Position numbers and translations under genes: made by a program. The notes under the pieces were generated by a model that was given only the letters and a program-made list of their open reading frames with translations, did no database searches and had not been told where the DNA came from. A DNA stretch of 64,000 nt, taken from contig NW_021834487.1 in NCBI RefSeq assembly GCF_006345805.1, positions 299,799-363,798 of the forward strand, given 5' to 3'. Positions 38,006 through 51,794 of the stretch are shown here, piece by piece. The number at the start of each line of letters is the position of its first letter. Positions within the stretch are counted from its first letter, which is position 1. Source of the stretch: Octopus sinensis. Lineage: Eukaryota.

Positions 38006-38661
38006 GCATGCATATGTATATAAACACGATTGTATACGGGTGAGTGAACAAACGAAAGAAGCTTTCAAAACATATTTGGTAGGAGTTACAAATATTTTTA
38101 ATGCTATGAGCGTCTGATGAGGTAGACTTTCTCTACGCGTCCACGAAAGTTTAAAGTTGTGTGTAGCTTAGAATTCATTCATTTTCTACTAGGAAATCTC
38201 ACGCATAAACTATACGAGTGAGCAAGCAGATGGTATATGTTAAAGATTTGTATCTCTGTCTGCAGTGCCTCGGAAAATTTTATTTTCATTGTCTTCTGTA
38301 TTGCTATGTTGCAAAGGAAGCCACGCAATACTTATTATTACCGCCAGTCGTAGATCTGAAACGAGAAGTCTTGGAATTTTAGCCACGTGGAAGTTGTAGA
38401 AGTTTGTGTGTGCTAACTGCAGTTAGATAATATCGCTAGTGGTTTTAAGAATTTGAAATTTTCTGTTAAGCACATCTTGCTGTATCATAATCCATTAAAG
38501 AATAACGTAGCTATATTGACGAACTTGAAAGATATACCCATGCTATTCTTTTCTAGGGTTTCTAAATTTACAAATGACTTAAAACAAAAGATATTTGTGA
38601 CGGTGTGCGTGCATATAAAATATTATGTGTTTGTCTCTCATGACACTTTTCTATGAATATA

Positions 38662-39228
38662 TTGGGTTGTCCGAAAAGTTCGTGCCGATTTATAGTAGCT
38701 TACATTTCGACTTATTTTAGAACTTGGTTCAGTCCATAAAATAGGATTTGACTACACCTTCATTTAGAGCACAGTTTAAGCTATCTTTTCGGGGAAGAAG
38801 ATATATGCTCCTATAACCTGTGTTAATTCTGTAACCCTTTAAAATGGACGCTAAGAAAGTTCATTTTCGGCACTTCATGCTTTGGGAACCAGACAAAAAT
38901 TGCTCCAGCTCGGCTGGGATGTGTTACCCCACCCTCCATATTCACCAGATATTGCTCTTTCGGATTTTCACTTATTCAGGTTTCAGCAGAATAGTCTTAA
39001 TGGTAAAAATTTCCAATTCCTTGGATGACGTAAAAAAATACCTTGATGAATTCTTTGCCATGAAACCACCTCAATTCTGGGAAGAGGGTATTTTCAAGTT
39101 GAAGGAAAGATGGAGACGCATTGTGCAGCAAAATGGTTCATATTTGGTTGATTAAAAATGTAATGACAATTATTTATTGACCATTTTCCTTCCTATAAAA
39201 GTCGGCACGAACTTTCCGGACAACCCAA
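38662..39228 (+). mobile_element. Mariner internal-deletion derivative with intact TIRs and TA TSD
   Basis: TIR TTGGGTTGTCCG(A/G)AAAGTTCGTGCCGA at both ends, TA flanks. MDAKKVHFRHFMLW is fused to the C-terminus (PYSPDIA motif in another frame; KYLDEFFAMKPPQFWEEGIFKLKERWRRIVQQNGSYLVD*). Confidence 0.93.
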
Positions 39229-39678
39229 TATATTTGTAATAGCAAGTAAGCAATTTATTTTCTTGAGCAGTGTAAATGTAAATCGATACCATTGGCTAGA
39301 GCAGTTGTTTACTTGGTAAGAATGCTATGACAATTAATTTAGGCATCAAGGTTCTAAGATGGAATCGTCCCTGGTATCATGTGCACTTCAAAGATCAAGC
39401 CACACTGGAATGACCGGAAACTGTACTGATAAAATTGCTATTTAGCTGTAAATATTATACTATTTTGCATGTCCCCCTTTGAGTTAAATAATCAAATTAA
39501 TTTCCTACATAATTCTGATGTCTTGCTGCTGCTGAAAATATCTCTTTGACGATATTTACCGAATCTCGATTACTGTTATTTCCCCAAAACTTTAGCGACG
39601 CTCACATAAACGCATATACATTTATACATAAATACATACATACACACATGCATGCATACATTCACACAGATGTTCACA

Positions 39679-39727
<49 letters not shown>

Positions 39728-39776
39728 ATATATATATGTATATATATATATACATACATATATATATATATATATA

Positions 39777-39822
<46 letters not shown>

Positions 39823-40342
39823 CATTTGTTATTTTATATCCCACTAGTTTTAAATATATATTACTGTAGCACTATTAGACTTTAGGAGATGTCGTATATA
39901 ATATGCATACGTAAATACATACACACGTACATGGTAAGAGTAGACTCGTGACCGAGTAATACAATTTCCTAAATCCATTTTACTTCTACGAAACCTCTGA
40001 AGTTTAGCATCCCCACTGATGAAGTTGTCTCATAGGGATCATAACGGCTGCAGGGGACTTACAAGTCATTCGACACCAACCACAAGGTAGCCCACCCAGC
40101 GAGCAGCAGCAGCCTGATAATTTTGATGCTGGAATCTTCGATGCCGGCTGATTCTAGTTCCAGACCCACAGACTCAATTGCACGAAAGATCCTGCTGAAT
40201 ATCAATTTGGTAGATCACTGTGCCTCTATGGCAGAGCTTGTGGCTCAGTAGATCTGACTTTTGAGAAGAAGAAACGGTCATGCTGGTAGAAAATGCATAC
40301 ATACATACATACATACATACATACATACATACATACATACAT

Positions 40343-40847
40343 AAACACAATAGAACTTACATAACGGTGGAGATAAAGAAGAGGAGCTGTGTAGAGCTGT
40401 GGAACTCAGCTGCCCAGCGGATGTTAACATAAAGCTGAACATCAGCGAAAAGCAAAAGACCAACGCTGAACTATTGAGAAATTTACAGCTACGCTATCCA
40501 GAGTAAGTTCAGATTTATACCTGTAATTACTGGGGCACTGAAATATGTGACACGGTGCCTAAATACCAGTCTTGAGAAATTGGGCTTCTCAAAACCAGAA
40601 ATGAGAAAGCTGATTCGAAGACTACAGATCCAATCACTGGAACTGCAAAAATCTGTAAAACTTTCCAGAAGTTTATCATTTAAGTATATATGAGGTTGTC
40701 TAGATATGCAACTATATGCATGAGAACACATACATACAAAAATACCCCGTTGATGTTGTTGAAATTCCAACGAAGGAACCTTGGATCTAGGTTAGAAAAC
40801 GACTCTTTCTCTATTGGCAAGAAATCTTGAAATAAAACTGAATAATG
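40343..40847 (+). mobile_element. 3' fragment of an RLE (R4-like) LINE between (ACAT)n tracts
   Basis: With frameshifts it reads ..VELSCPADVNIKLNISEKQK..ELLRNLQLRYPE..FIPVITGALKYV..LEKLGFSKPEMRKLIRRLQIQS..KICKTFQKFII*, then a 3' UTR ending AATAATG-ACATACAT. Confidence 0.8.
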
Positions 40848-40984
40848 ACATACATACACATATACACACACATAGATAATTCATACATACATACATACAT
40901 ACACACAAACACACATACATACATACATACATACATACATACATACATACATACATACATACATACATACATACATACATACAT

Positions 40985-41400
40985 CTGTGGAAGACATCAC
41001 GCATATGATTAGCAGGTTCCGAAAAATGTCATCAAGGCGCAACCTCCCTATGCGACAACGTTGTTGTCTCGAAAACAATATACAATGATTGTCGGAAAAA
41101 GACTGTCACGGAATAAATTCAGAGAATACATCTCTTACTAAATACATACACAAACATCAAAACAAGGAATCCTAGGGGAGCATACCCATCAAAACATCTG
41201 TCAAGTGGAAACATACGAAGCCGGATATTGTTGTTTGCTATAGTCATGAATAAGTATGTAATGTCAGAGAGGCCAGCTTTCCTGATGATGTGAACATCTC
41301 ATAGAAAATCAAAGAGCAAAAGAAGAATATAAGGACAATTTCTTCGAAATCCCGAGCTTCTGTATACACATTTATACTGCCTTCGGTCATGGGTGACCAT
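40985..41400 (+). mobile_element. Older RLE LINE fragment (knuckle and PD region)
   Basis: [25 protein letters not shown]; IPIKTSVKWKHTKPDIVV; SFPDDVNIS. Starts directly after (ACAT)n. Confidence 0.6.
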
Positions 41401-41983
41401 GAGATGCACATAGAAAGTTGCCCTCTGAAGCACAAATCCGAGCAAGTTTGTTTATGGAAGACCAGTAGTCACACTTGCATACCAGCCTTCCCTCTCCATA
41501 CCACTGATGTTTGCTTTTCCCTTGGATAACATACAGCTCGGCATCTATGACGTCGCAACACATTTCTACAGCTGATTGAATTGCAGCAACGTGAAATGAA
41601 GTGTCTTGCTGAAGAACACAACACACAGCCCAATCCGAGGATCGGATTCATTACCTCGTGATTGTAAGCCCGACGCTCTACCAACAATAATTGGTGCACG
41701 TGGTTTTGTAAGTAAATGTTTAATTGACAATACGGATCAGTTAGGGTCTTCAGATAGAGAAATCAAGCAACCAACACAAACGTTACAAAAGAGAGTCTGT
41801 AAATGGAATAGTAAAAATATGCAAGTCTGTCTCAAGATTAAAATGTAACATTGCTTTTGTTATCTACATTCCAGCGACGGAGCTTTGCATCTTTGTAGAA
41901 ACGAGTTCCTTCTTCAGAGAAAGAATTTATATAGTTAAAAACAGAATAGAGCATGCATAATATTTGTGTGTGTGTGTGTGTGT

Positions 41984-42047
<64 letters not shown>

Positions 42048-42049
42048 AT

Positions 42050-42088
<39 letters not shown>

Positions 42089-43414
42089 CACGGGAAAATT
42101 CGTGGTAGTATTTAGTAACTTTCAGAGACGGGGGTCGATATAGCAAATACCAATATTGAACAAGAATCGATTGATTCGACTTCATCCCAAAATAGCTTTG
42201 GCCTTGAGCCAAACGTTAGAAAATATATCATATCAGACGATGCCTTCGTGATGATTCTTCTTGTTGGTGATATTAATATTGATGTCGTTGTTTAATAAGC
42301 AGACATACGATCAAAGGCGTTCTACTCTTCCCGATCTCGTTTTTCTGTCCTATTGGCATTGCGTGTCTGTGACAATATTATCCAATATTTCTTTCCTTTC
42401 TTTTTTTTTCCAAAACTCTCAGGTGTATTCCCTAGGATGATTTTGGCTGCTATTTCTCACCAATAATAAATTGCAGCCAACTATCTCTCTGATAACTCTT
42501 ATTAAAAGTATATATGATATGCATAAATTTTGGATCACAATAGTTGTCATTTTTATACGAGTTAATAACCTTTTAACATGAATCTAGGGTTAATGTAGCT
42601 GACATTATATGTACGTGGTTCTGTGTTCAATTTCACTAGACGGCAATATAAGGTCATTTCGACTGATGATGAGTGAGTAAAATTGGGACTATTAGACCTG
42701 GTGGACCATTAGACTTGGCAATCTAATAGTACGATTCACTCAATGTTGTTCACTGCGTTTTAGTTAAGCCTACGGCTTTAATTAAATCTTTCCAGAGTTG
42801 CCTCTCTTCGGTATTTCCCATTGATAACAGCTAAAGAACTAGAAATGTGTCTGGGAATCCGACAGGCGTGTATATATGCATGCGATAGGTGACTTTAAAA
42901 CAGTTAATGTCTCATATACCTGTCACTCTATTTCATAGGCACATAAGCACGTGACTCGTTCATCGGATGACCGTAATTAGTGATACATTGCACCTCGTTT
43001 GACTTGAAAAGTAGCTGCTTGTCGGACACAGATAGGTTAAGCTCCCAATGAATGTGTTGGATTCATTAAAGAAGTTGCATTATGAAGGTATGTCTGAGAT
43101 GAAAGGGAAGAAACGTGATGCATATAAACATTTTGTTAATAGGAGAGGTAAGCCACTGCATTATTTTCATTTCAGTTCGTTGGAACCGGCACAAGAGAAA
43201 TGCATATCAGTGTTAAAAATTACAAATCACGTAGGATTTTTTCTTTATCTGTAGGAGTGAAACAATCTGCTTCTCTCGATGTAGCCTAGTTGGCAATGCT
43301 TACATTAGAATAATCATATCCTTTGTGTTTATGCCTCTCATTCAACAGAGATTTGAAAGTTGAATTTTTTTACTCTCACTAGGCCCGAAGAAGGAGTAGC
43401 GATATTGATTTTAA

Positions 43415-43645
43415 GGCGGCGAGCTGGCAGAAACGTTAGCACGCCGGGCGAAATGCGTAGCTGTATTTCGTCTGTCGTTACGTTCTGAGTTCAAATTCCG
43501 CCGAGGTCGACTTTGCCTTTCATCCTTTCGGGGTCGATAAATTAAGTACCAGTTACGCACTGGGGTCGATGTAATCGACTTAATCCGTTTGTCTGTCCTT
43601 GTTTGTCCCCTCTGTGTGTAGCGATTTGTGGGTAATAAAGAAACG
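43415..43645 (+). mobile_element. SINE family C monomer, young, 13 bp TSD
   Basis: Intact head GGCGGCGAGCTGGCAGAAACG; TSD GATATTGATTTTA at 43401-43413 and 43646-43658. Confidence 0.93.
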
Positions 43646-44075
43646 GATATTGATTTTACCATCCCCTGGGGTCCTTGCACAGCGCTCCATGTTGTTTCTC
43701 TGAGTAGTTCTAAAGATCATGGTGGGAAAAGTAGTATCCACCAATGTGGACAAGTTGCTTGATTTCGGCATCCGTGATTGTAACCTGGGTATAGAAAAGT
43801 GTTTTGGTTGTAGCGTGCAATTCTGGAACCAATGTTTTCTAAGCAAGTAAATCTAGCATTAAGTTTATGTGCAGTGAAAAGTTTGGACTATTTACGTGAA
43901 GACGGAACGTGAAGCTTAACGGAAAAATATCTGTAGTCGTCTCCTAATTATGAAATGATCTATACAAGATTAATTTCTGCACTGGTTCTGTTTAGGCCCA
44001 GGATGCGTTGGGAGTTCTTCATATAAAGTAACTTTTCTCTGAAGCCGTTGCATGCATACTTTGCGGTGTTGCGTT

Positions 44076-44240
44076 AGTACAAATATGTTTATTCAGCTGA
44101 GAAAAAGTATAACAAGGACATTAACTCAGGAGCTTTCGTATGTGCCCATTATTGCAATTACTGAGAGTTGGCAAATGATGAAAACCACACGTGCATTTAA
44201 TCCAAGGTATAGTATGCTAAAGGATGGAGATCAAATATCC
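44076..44240 (+). mobile_element. Possible decayed CR1/L2 APE endonuclease start
   Basis: VPIIAITESW..FNPRYSML resembles the DIIAITETW..IPGYSL N-terminal APE motif; the match is short. Confidence 0.3.
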
Positions 44241-44717
44241 TTCTAGCTAAGCAAAACATTATGCAAAAAGGAAAATATAATCATATTAAAAAGTCTTTAA
44301 ACATTGAATGAAAAAGAACTGTGAAAGTGAAGACAATTTCACAAAATGAACGTGGATTTCGGTTTAGAAAATATTCCATTTTTTATATATGTTCATATGG
44401 ACGTTATACAGTTTGTGTATGAATATGTGTAAATATCCTCGAGGCAATGTTGTTAAAAAGCAATAGATGATCGGAGAGATAATTGAGGCATGCCAATTGG
44501 GAAATTGCAAATTTTAGATGTATATATTGTATGATATTTCATGACTTTCAGTATGCTCTGGTGTTTTATAACGTTATTCTGAAAAAGTATTCGCCAGTTC
44601 CTGTCGAATTTTCAATCGATAGCACTGAAACAATAAGGAGATGTATTTCCCCTTTCATTAAAATACGTTTAAAATACAATGAAGATGCTGGATTCTTCTA
44701 TGAAGAAGCTGGGGAAT

Positions 44718-45032
44718 GCGCGTGACTTAGTGCTTAGGATGTTCGGCTGACAGCCGTAAATTCGTAGGTTCGATTCTTGACGGTGCGTTATATCCTTGAG
44801 CAAGACGCTTCATTTCACGTTGCTCCAGTCCACTCAGCTAGTAAGAATTAGTTGTACCTGTAATCAAAAGAGCCAGCCTTGAACACTCTCCCCGAGAACT
44901 ACACTAAATGTACGCATGTTTGTGAAGGACTCAGCCACTTTCAATTTAATTTCACCAGCAGGCTGATCCGCTGGATCGGATCAGCTGGATCGGATCAGCT
45001 GGTACAGTCGTCGTAGTAACCGCCCGAGAGCC
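44718..45032 (+). mobile_element. tRNA-derived SINE family B
   Basis: GCGCGTGACTTAGTGCTTAGG head, GTAGGTTCGATTC B box, TCCTTGAGCAAGAC..TTTCACGTTGCTCCAGTCC body; a short CTGGATCGGATCAG duplication in the tail. Confidence 0.8.
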
Positions 45033-45064
45033 AGTTGTAGAAGTAAGAAGTGTGTTAGCCCAAC

Positions 45065-45645
45065 ATTTTGGAGGAAGGGACAAGTCGATTAGATCGAACC
45101 CTGTACGCAGCTGGTATTTAATTTATCGATTCCGATAAGAGGAACAGCAATGTCGACCTCGGCGGAATTTGAACTCAGAACGTAAAGACAGACGAAGTAC
45201 CGCAAAGCATTTCGCTCGGCGTGCTAACGTTTCTTATTTCTTTACTGTCTACAAGGGGCTACACACAGAGGCAACAAACAAGAACAGACAAACAGATTAA
45301 GCTGATTACATTGACCCAGTGCGTAACTGGTACTTAATTTATCGAACCCGAAAGGATGAAAAGCAAAGTCGATCTCGGCGGAATTTGAACTTAGAACGTA
45401 ACGGCAGTTGAAATACTTATTTCTTTACTGCCCACAAGGGGTTAAACACAGAGAGGACAAACAAAGAGAGACAAACGGATTAAGTCGATTATATCGACAC
45501 TAGTACTCAACTGGTATTTATTTAATCGACCCCGAAAGGATGAAAGGCAAAGTCGACCTCGGCGGAATTTGAGCACAGAACGTAGCGGCAGACGAAATAC
45601 CGCTAAGCATTTCGCCCGGCTTACTAACGTTTCTGCCAGTTCACA
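45065..45645 (-). mobile_element. SINE family C tandem trimer
   Basis: Three core units; junctions at about 45235 (GCTAACGTTTC|TTATTTC) and about 45415 (GAAATAC|TTATTTC). Confidence 0.85.
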
Positions 45646-45793
45646 ACCTTCGACTGAATAAACACTGATAATTCGAATAAATTATATGGAATTGTCAAAA
45701 GAGAAAGAACCCAGGACGATTTTCACCAGAGAGGTAGTAATCTCAGCCCAAGAATTTAACCAGGCAACGGATTAGTTGTACCTTTCAAGTATA

Positions 45794-46004
45794 CAGTAAT
45801 CCCTCGACATTCTAAAAAAGCCCGCGATAGGTGAAAATCTGCGAAGTTGAATCAGTACTGTACGGTATACTATTTTTTTAATTATTTTTTATAATTTGCG
45901 TATATTTATTTAACTATAACTGTAAAACAACACCACGGAGGAATGGACATAAGCTTAAATAATAAACCGCGATAGGTGAACGGCGATATGGCCTGAGATT
46001 ACTG
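45794..46004. mobile_element. pogo/Tigger-type MITE
   Basis: TA|CAGTAATCCCTCG...CTGAGATTACTG|TA termini; internal repeat CCGCGATAGGTGAA occurs twice. Confidence 0.75.
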
Positions 46005-46854
46005 TATATGTTTGAGAGTCAGAAGAGAAGACTAGCAATATCTCCTCTTTTGCTTTTCGAGTTCAAATCCCACATAGATCACCAATGAAACACATTTAAT
46101 TACGAATGCATTCCCTTCAACTCACAATTGGTCAGCAGGCCTCAGTTAGGAAGATATTATAGATAAGCTGCAATCAAACGGTGGATGAATTGAATGGAAT
46201 TATTACAATGCATTGCTTATTTCGTTTGTGAAGTTATGTATCTAAGTCGCCAGCCTGTGTGGCTCACGAGCTTTAGGTTGTAAGTTAGAATCCTGAACTG
46301 AACAAACGTAGTGTACGTTGTGTCTTCAATGAAAAGACTTCATTTCACGTTCCTCCCGTATTTGAAACTGCAAACGAGTACCAACTGACTGATGGTGCGA
46401 CAATCTCCCCTTCAGACTGTCATATCCTCGAATACTCCTGTTAGCACCGCAACTTACACACTTTTCCAATATCGAAGTTAGAGAGATGTCGATAAGCTGA
46501 TTGTTACTATAAAATTCAATCCTCGGTTTATCAACTACTGCTGCAAAGAGTGCCAATAAAGCTCTACAAAATATACGGAGTGGAACAGGTAAAATATTGG
46601 CTACAATCATTTTATAACTTACTGCCCTTCATTATGTGGCTATTCTTCGGGCCAAGCCACCTCAATGAAATTTACATTGCCGCGGAAAGTAAACTAAATG
46701 CTTACATCCTGAAGAATAGGTACGCTGAGAAGCGTTCGTTACGTAACGACTTGCGAAATGAACTTCAGCAACTTCGGAAACAATTGTAGCTAATATTCTG
46801 CGTGCTCCATTCTCTATACCTTTTGGATGTATGCATATATATATAAATAAATAA

Positions 46855-46896
<42 letters not shown>

Positions 46897-47167
46897 CAAC
46901 ATAATTTTTAAAAAACATATGCATATATGCATACATTTATGTACGTACCTACATCTATAAGTATATATACATGCATATATGGGTACAGGACACCCAAAAA
47001 AAAAACGTCGAACACAATGAGAAACGAAAACATAAACACAAAACCAAGGAAATGGATATTTTTCTTAAACAACGAAAAAAGAGAGTACAAGACAAACAAC
47101 ACAAGGAACATTCCCCTTCTTCAGCCGACTCTGTTTCATCTACTCCGCGTATATATATATAAACATA

Positions 47168-47583
47168 GGCGCAGGAGTGGCTGTGTGGTAAGTAGCTTGC
47201 TAACCAGCCACATGGTTCCAGGTTCAGTCCCACTAAGTGGCACCTTGGGCAAGTGTCTTATACTATAGCCTCGGGCCGACCAAAGCCTTGTGAGTGGATT
47301 TGGTAGACGGAAACTGAAAGAAGCCTGTCGTATATATGTATATATATGTTTGTGTGTGTAAATGTGTTTGTGTGTCTGTGTTTGTTCCCCCTAATATTGC
47401 TTGACAACCGATGCTGGTGTGTTTACGTTCCCGTCACTTAGCGGTTCGGCAAAAGAGACCGATAGAATAATTACTGGGCTTACAAAGTCCCGGGGTCGAT
47501 TTGCTCGACTAAAAAGGCGGTGCTCCAGCATGACCACAGTCAAATGACTGAAACAAGTAAAAGAGTAAAAGAGTAAAAGAGTA
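47168..47583 (+). mobile_element. SINE family A, full length, (AGTAAAAG)3 tail
   Basis: Clean head GGCGCAGGAGTGGCTGTGTGG, both modules and the tail. Confidence 0.92.
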
Positions 47584-47869
47584 ATATATGTATATAAGTA
47601 TATATACATACATATACACATCTATGCATACACAAATACACATATTCACACATATATATATACGCACACATATACACACATCCTAAACAGAGACGGAAAT
47701 GATGCTGTATGAGATAGACTGGATTGTTGAAGACTTCCTTATCATGAACCAATGGTAACCTTAATCCAAAGAAAAAGAATCTTTATCCACCTATTTGGTG
47801 TTGAGCATTCATTCTAATTGTTCGATATTTACGTACATATAAATATATATATAGATATATAAATATGTA

Positions 47870-48441
47870 CGTACGAGCAAAACGCCTCCCGTCTAATGGA
47901 CGGTGCTGAGTTGTCAAACATTTAAACCAAATTTTCTCAAAACAACTTGTCCGACCGTCCCATAGGCCTCCCCTTTGTGAAACACTGATTTAACCTAAAT
48001 TTGAGACTCCAGCAAAAGAAGAAATAAAGATAGACTTTTTTTCGATTCCAAAGAAAAACGATTTTATTCACACAAATATGCAACCGAAGAGTTTAAAGTA
48101 CCAATAATGATAAGGCTGTTGACTGGGAGAACACAAACATGGTTTAAACAGTAAGCTTGGCAGGAAAGAAACGTGCTTTTAAGCAGTACAAAAACAACAA
48201 AAAATGGAAGGTGCAGTTACGTACAGGTTGACGGAAGAAAGGCAGGACAAAAACGGCTTTATCAATTGCATTTTCACCTGGAATCGATTTATGTAATTTT
48301 TTCAAGACTTATACACGCCCTGATACCGTCGGTATGTATATATCAAATTTGAGCGTAATCGGATGGAGGATGCCCGAGATCCTAGAACACACACACACAC
48401 ACACACATACACACAGAGAGAACGGATTTTATATAATAGAT
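47870..48441 (+). mobile_element. Possible non-autonomous Helentron/DINE-1-like (HINE) element
   Basis: 3' part AAATTTGAGCGTAATCGG..CCGAGATCCTAG-(CA)n-CAGAGAGAACGGATTTTATATAATAGAT fits the microsatellite plus TATATA(A)TAGAT terminus pattern of such elements; recognised by resemblance only. Confidence 0.35.
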
Positions 48442-48732
48442 GTATGCGTGTACGCAGTAAATTATAGTTCAATCGAATGCTTATTTAGTTTGTTAGGGAT
48501 AGCCGGTACAATTGAGAATATGCATCTTTCTGTTTGAATAAATATATGTATGGGTGTGTGATGTTGAAACCAAGTGAATATACGGATGTCATATTCGAAA
48601 GGTATTCTGAATCCATATTGATGTGTTGCTCAGCCCAGCGCAATCCTCATCAAAGAGAAATATAATCAAAGGTATTCTCACTGTTTTCACCTCGTCTTAT
48701 TTTTCATACATATTATGTAACACATTATTATT

Positions 48733-48816
<84 letters not shown>

Positions 48817-48821
48817 GCAAC

Positions 48822-48852
<31 letters not shown>

Positions 48853-48877
48853 TAATAATAATAATAATAATAATAAT

Positions 48878-49254
48878 GAAGACTAAAACAATACCTGTGT
48901 CATAGGTGCCCTGGGAATGATAGCAAAAGGCTGATAGCTACCTAACTCAGATACCAGGAACCCCAAAAATGGCAGAAGTTCAAAAGATAGTGCTCATGGG
49001 AACTGCTCATATCCTACGCAAAATACTCTCTATGTAACCTCAAGTTTAAAACAACCATAATTTTCGTTAAAAAAAAAAAAAAAAAAAAAAAACTTTTTTT
49101 TTTTTAGACATTCATAGTACAACATCCCCACCCCCCAAATATATGGCACACTAGGCATAACAACAACATGAACTTCCAACCCTGTTGTCTCTTGAGGTCT
49201 CTGGGTGAGACTTGGAGCCAACTTGTACAAATATAAAGCAAAAGTCAAACATAG
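48878..49254 (+). mobile_element. 3' end of a second Dong/R4-like LINE family between (AAT)n tracts
   Basis: KTKTIP..IGALGMIAK..YLTQIPGTPKMAEVQKIVLMGTAHILRKILSM*, then a 3' UTR; (AAT)n at 48733-48877 and 49255-49355. Confidence 0.85.
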
Positions 49255-49258
49255 AATA

Positions 49259-49291
<33 letters not shown>

Positions 49292-49783
49292 AATAATAAT
49301 AATAATGATAATAGTAATAATAATAATAATGATAATAATAGCAATAATAATAATAAAAGTGTAGTGAAATTCGCTGCTATTTCTAACAAATCGATCTACC
49401 ACATACAGTTTACTCAAGGTTTTGTTTTCTTGTCGATTTTTCATTTTACGCCCATTATCTCTGTGGTCGTTCCCGATGTTGCCAATCCAATTTTGCACCG
49501 AAAAACATCAGGGAACAATGCCACAAAAACATACACCAACTGGTACATTTCGTGGAAGATCAATACCAACAGATCGATCCTAAAACAACGATGTTCTACA
49601 TTTCTACTTAGAAACGTGAACGGAAATTGAAAAATGTCATCTTTTCCTCCCTCCCTACCTTTCTCTCTCCTCTATCTCTCTCTTCACTAGATATATGTAT
49701 GTATGTAGTAGTATGTATGTATGTATGTATGTATGTATTGTATGTATGTATGTATGTATGTATGTATGTTATATACAACACAC

Positions 49784-49849
<66 letters not shown>

Positions 49850-49997
49850 TAATTATATATATAATAAATATGTCCTTGCACACATGTGTATACACATATA
49901 TGAGTGTGAGTCTATGTGGAATATATATATGTATACACACACATATATATATATGAATATATGTATATATACTTACACATGTATGTACGTATGTATG

Positions 49998-50029
<32 letters not shown>

Positions 50030-50761
50030 ATATATTATATATATATTATATATATATATATATATATGGTATGTATATATGCATGTATGTAGGCATCTGT
50101 TTATTTATGTACGTATGCATGTATATATGTAGGTTTTGTATGTATGTATGTATGTATGTATGTATGTATGAATGTATGTAAATAAGCATTAAGATGACTA
50201 CACAAACCCAGCGGTGAAATCCAGTAAAATAGTAAATATAAACAAAAAGAAAAAAATGAAACCTTGTATAAAAAAAATAAAGGATTAATTTGTAAAACAA
50301 GGTGATGGTAAGAGGTGGGGGAGCTGATATTGATGTATATATGCACATTGGTGCTTCCATTTCTATACACACACGTACACGCGCGTGTGTATATGTATAT
50401 GTAGATATGAGTATATATGACTAACATACACACAAAAAACGCACATGCGTGTTAGCATGAATGCATTTGCTTTTGTATATATTTGTTCTGAAAAACATAA
50501 ACACACACGCGCACATTTACGCGTAGATTTGCACACATATGCACACACACACACGCGCGCGTACAAAACCACACGCACACATGTACAAAAAACAAATGCA
50601 CAAAAACAGTTGTTCATACACACACTCGCACACGCATACACAGTCAAGCACACACGCATAAACATTCACACACTTATATATACATAGAGAGAAAGAGCGA
50701 GAGTGAGAGAGAGACAGAAAGACAGAAAATAAAGAGAGACAAATATATACATGCGACATAT

Positions 50762-50817
<56 letters not shown>

Positions 50818-50878
50818 ATATGTATAATATATATATATATTATGTATATATGTATATATATATATCTATATATATATA

Positions 50879-50941
<63 letters not shown>

Positions 50942-51130
50942 TGAATGAATTATCCTATGTTTATCGTCAGCATGGAAAATTCGTTTAACCGAAACCTGGG
51001 TAGTAAATTCACGTCAGAACACACGGTTGAAGCGACCTGTCAAGGGTAGAAACTACGGGTTCTTGTGTAGAAATTTGTGTTGTATATGAATAAATGAAAG
51101 AATGGAGTCGAACGAAGATGTTAACAAAAT

Positions 51131-51226
51131 TCCTTTACTCTCGACACATGTTTCGAAGACGGCATATTTTTATTCTGAAGGAATAAAAGGTGCATTATGC
51201 AATCTTCTCATCAGGAAAGATAAGGA
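51131..51226 (-). ncRNA. Type I hammerhead ribozyme with extended stem II
   Basis: Minus strand: TCCTTATCTTTC / CTGATGA(51214-51208) / GAAGA..TCTTC / GAAA / CATGTG / TC (GUC) / GAGAGTAAAGGA. The core is intact. Confidence 0.8.
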
Positions 51227-51794
51227 GCCTCTCTCAACTACAAGACGAACAAAAATTTCGATGATTGCCTACATGGTGACCACAGCGATAATGAGTGTTT
51301 TTTTAAAAAAACCGTTATAAGCATTGATGTCAAAAATGGGTAGAAGGAGGAAGTAAAAATAGGTAGGGGACAGTATGTCTGCTGTATGTATGGAGATGTG
51401 CAGTTGCGTGCTTGTGTTAATGAGTGCGAGTGTTTGTGTGTGTGTATGTGTGTGTGTGTATGTGTGTGTGTGTATGTGTGTGTGTGTATGTGTGTGTGTG
51501 TGTATAACTGCATTTGTGTCTGTGTGTGTGATTGTGTGTGTGAGAGAGAGACATACGTCAAATATACGTAGTAGTAAGGGGAAAATCTGTGTCTGTGTGT
51601 TTGATTGTGTGTGATACGTCAAAGATATGTATTAGCAAAGATATGTATTAGCAATGGAATATATAAAGGAGTAATAGGTAGGGAAGAGGAAGTGAACGTT
51701 AACTGAAAGAATGTTTGGAGGCATAGGAAAGAATTTCTCTATGGCAGTGGTGTGGACGTGAAGCTAATTGTTAAAACTACAGTGGCTATCTTTA

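Noticed and set aside
40010-40050. CTGATGA inside an ATCCC/GGGAT stem
   Set aside because: No GAAA-stem III-UH after it, so it is not a hammerhead.
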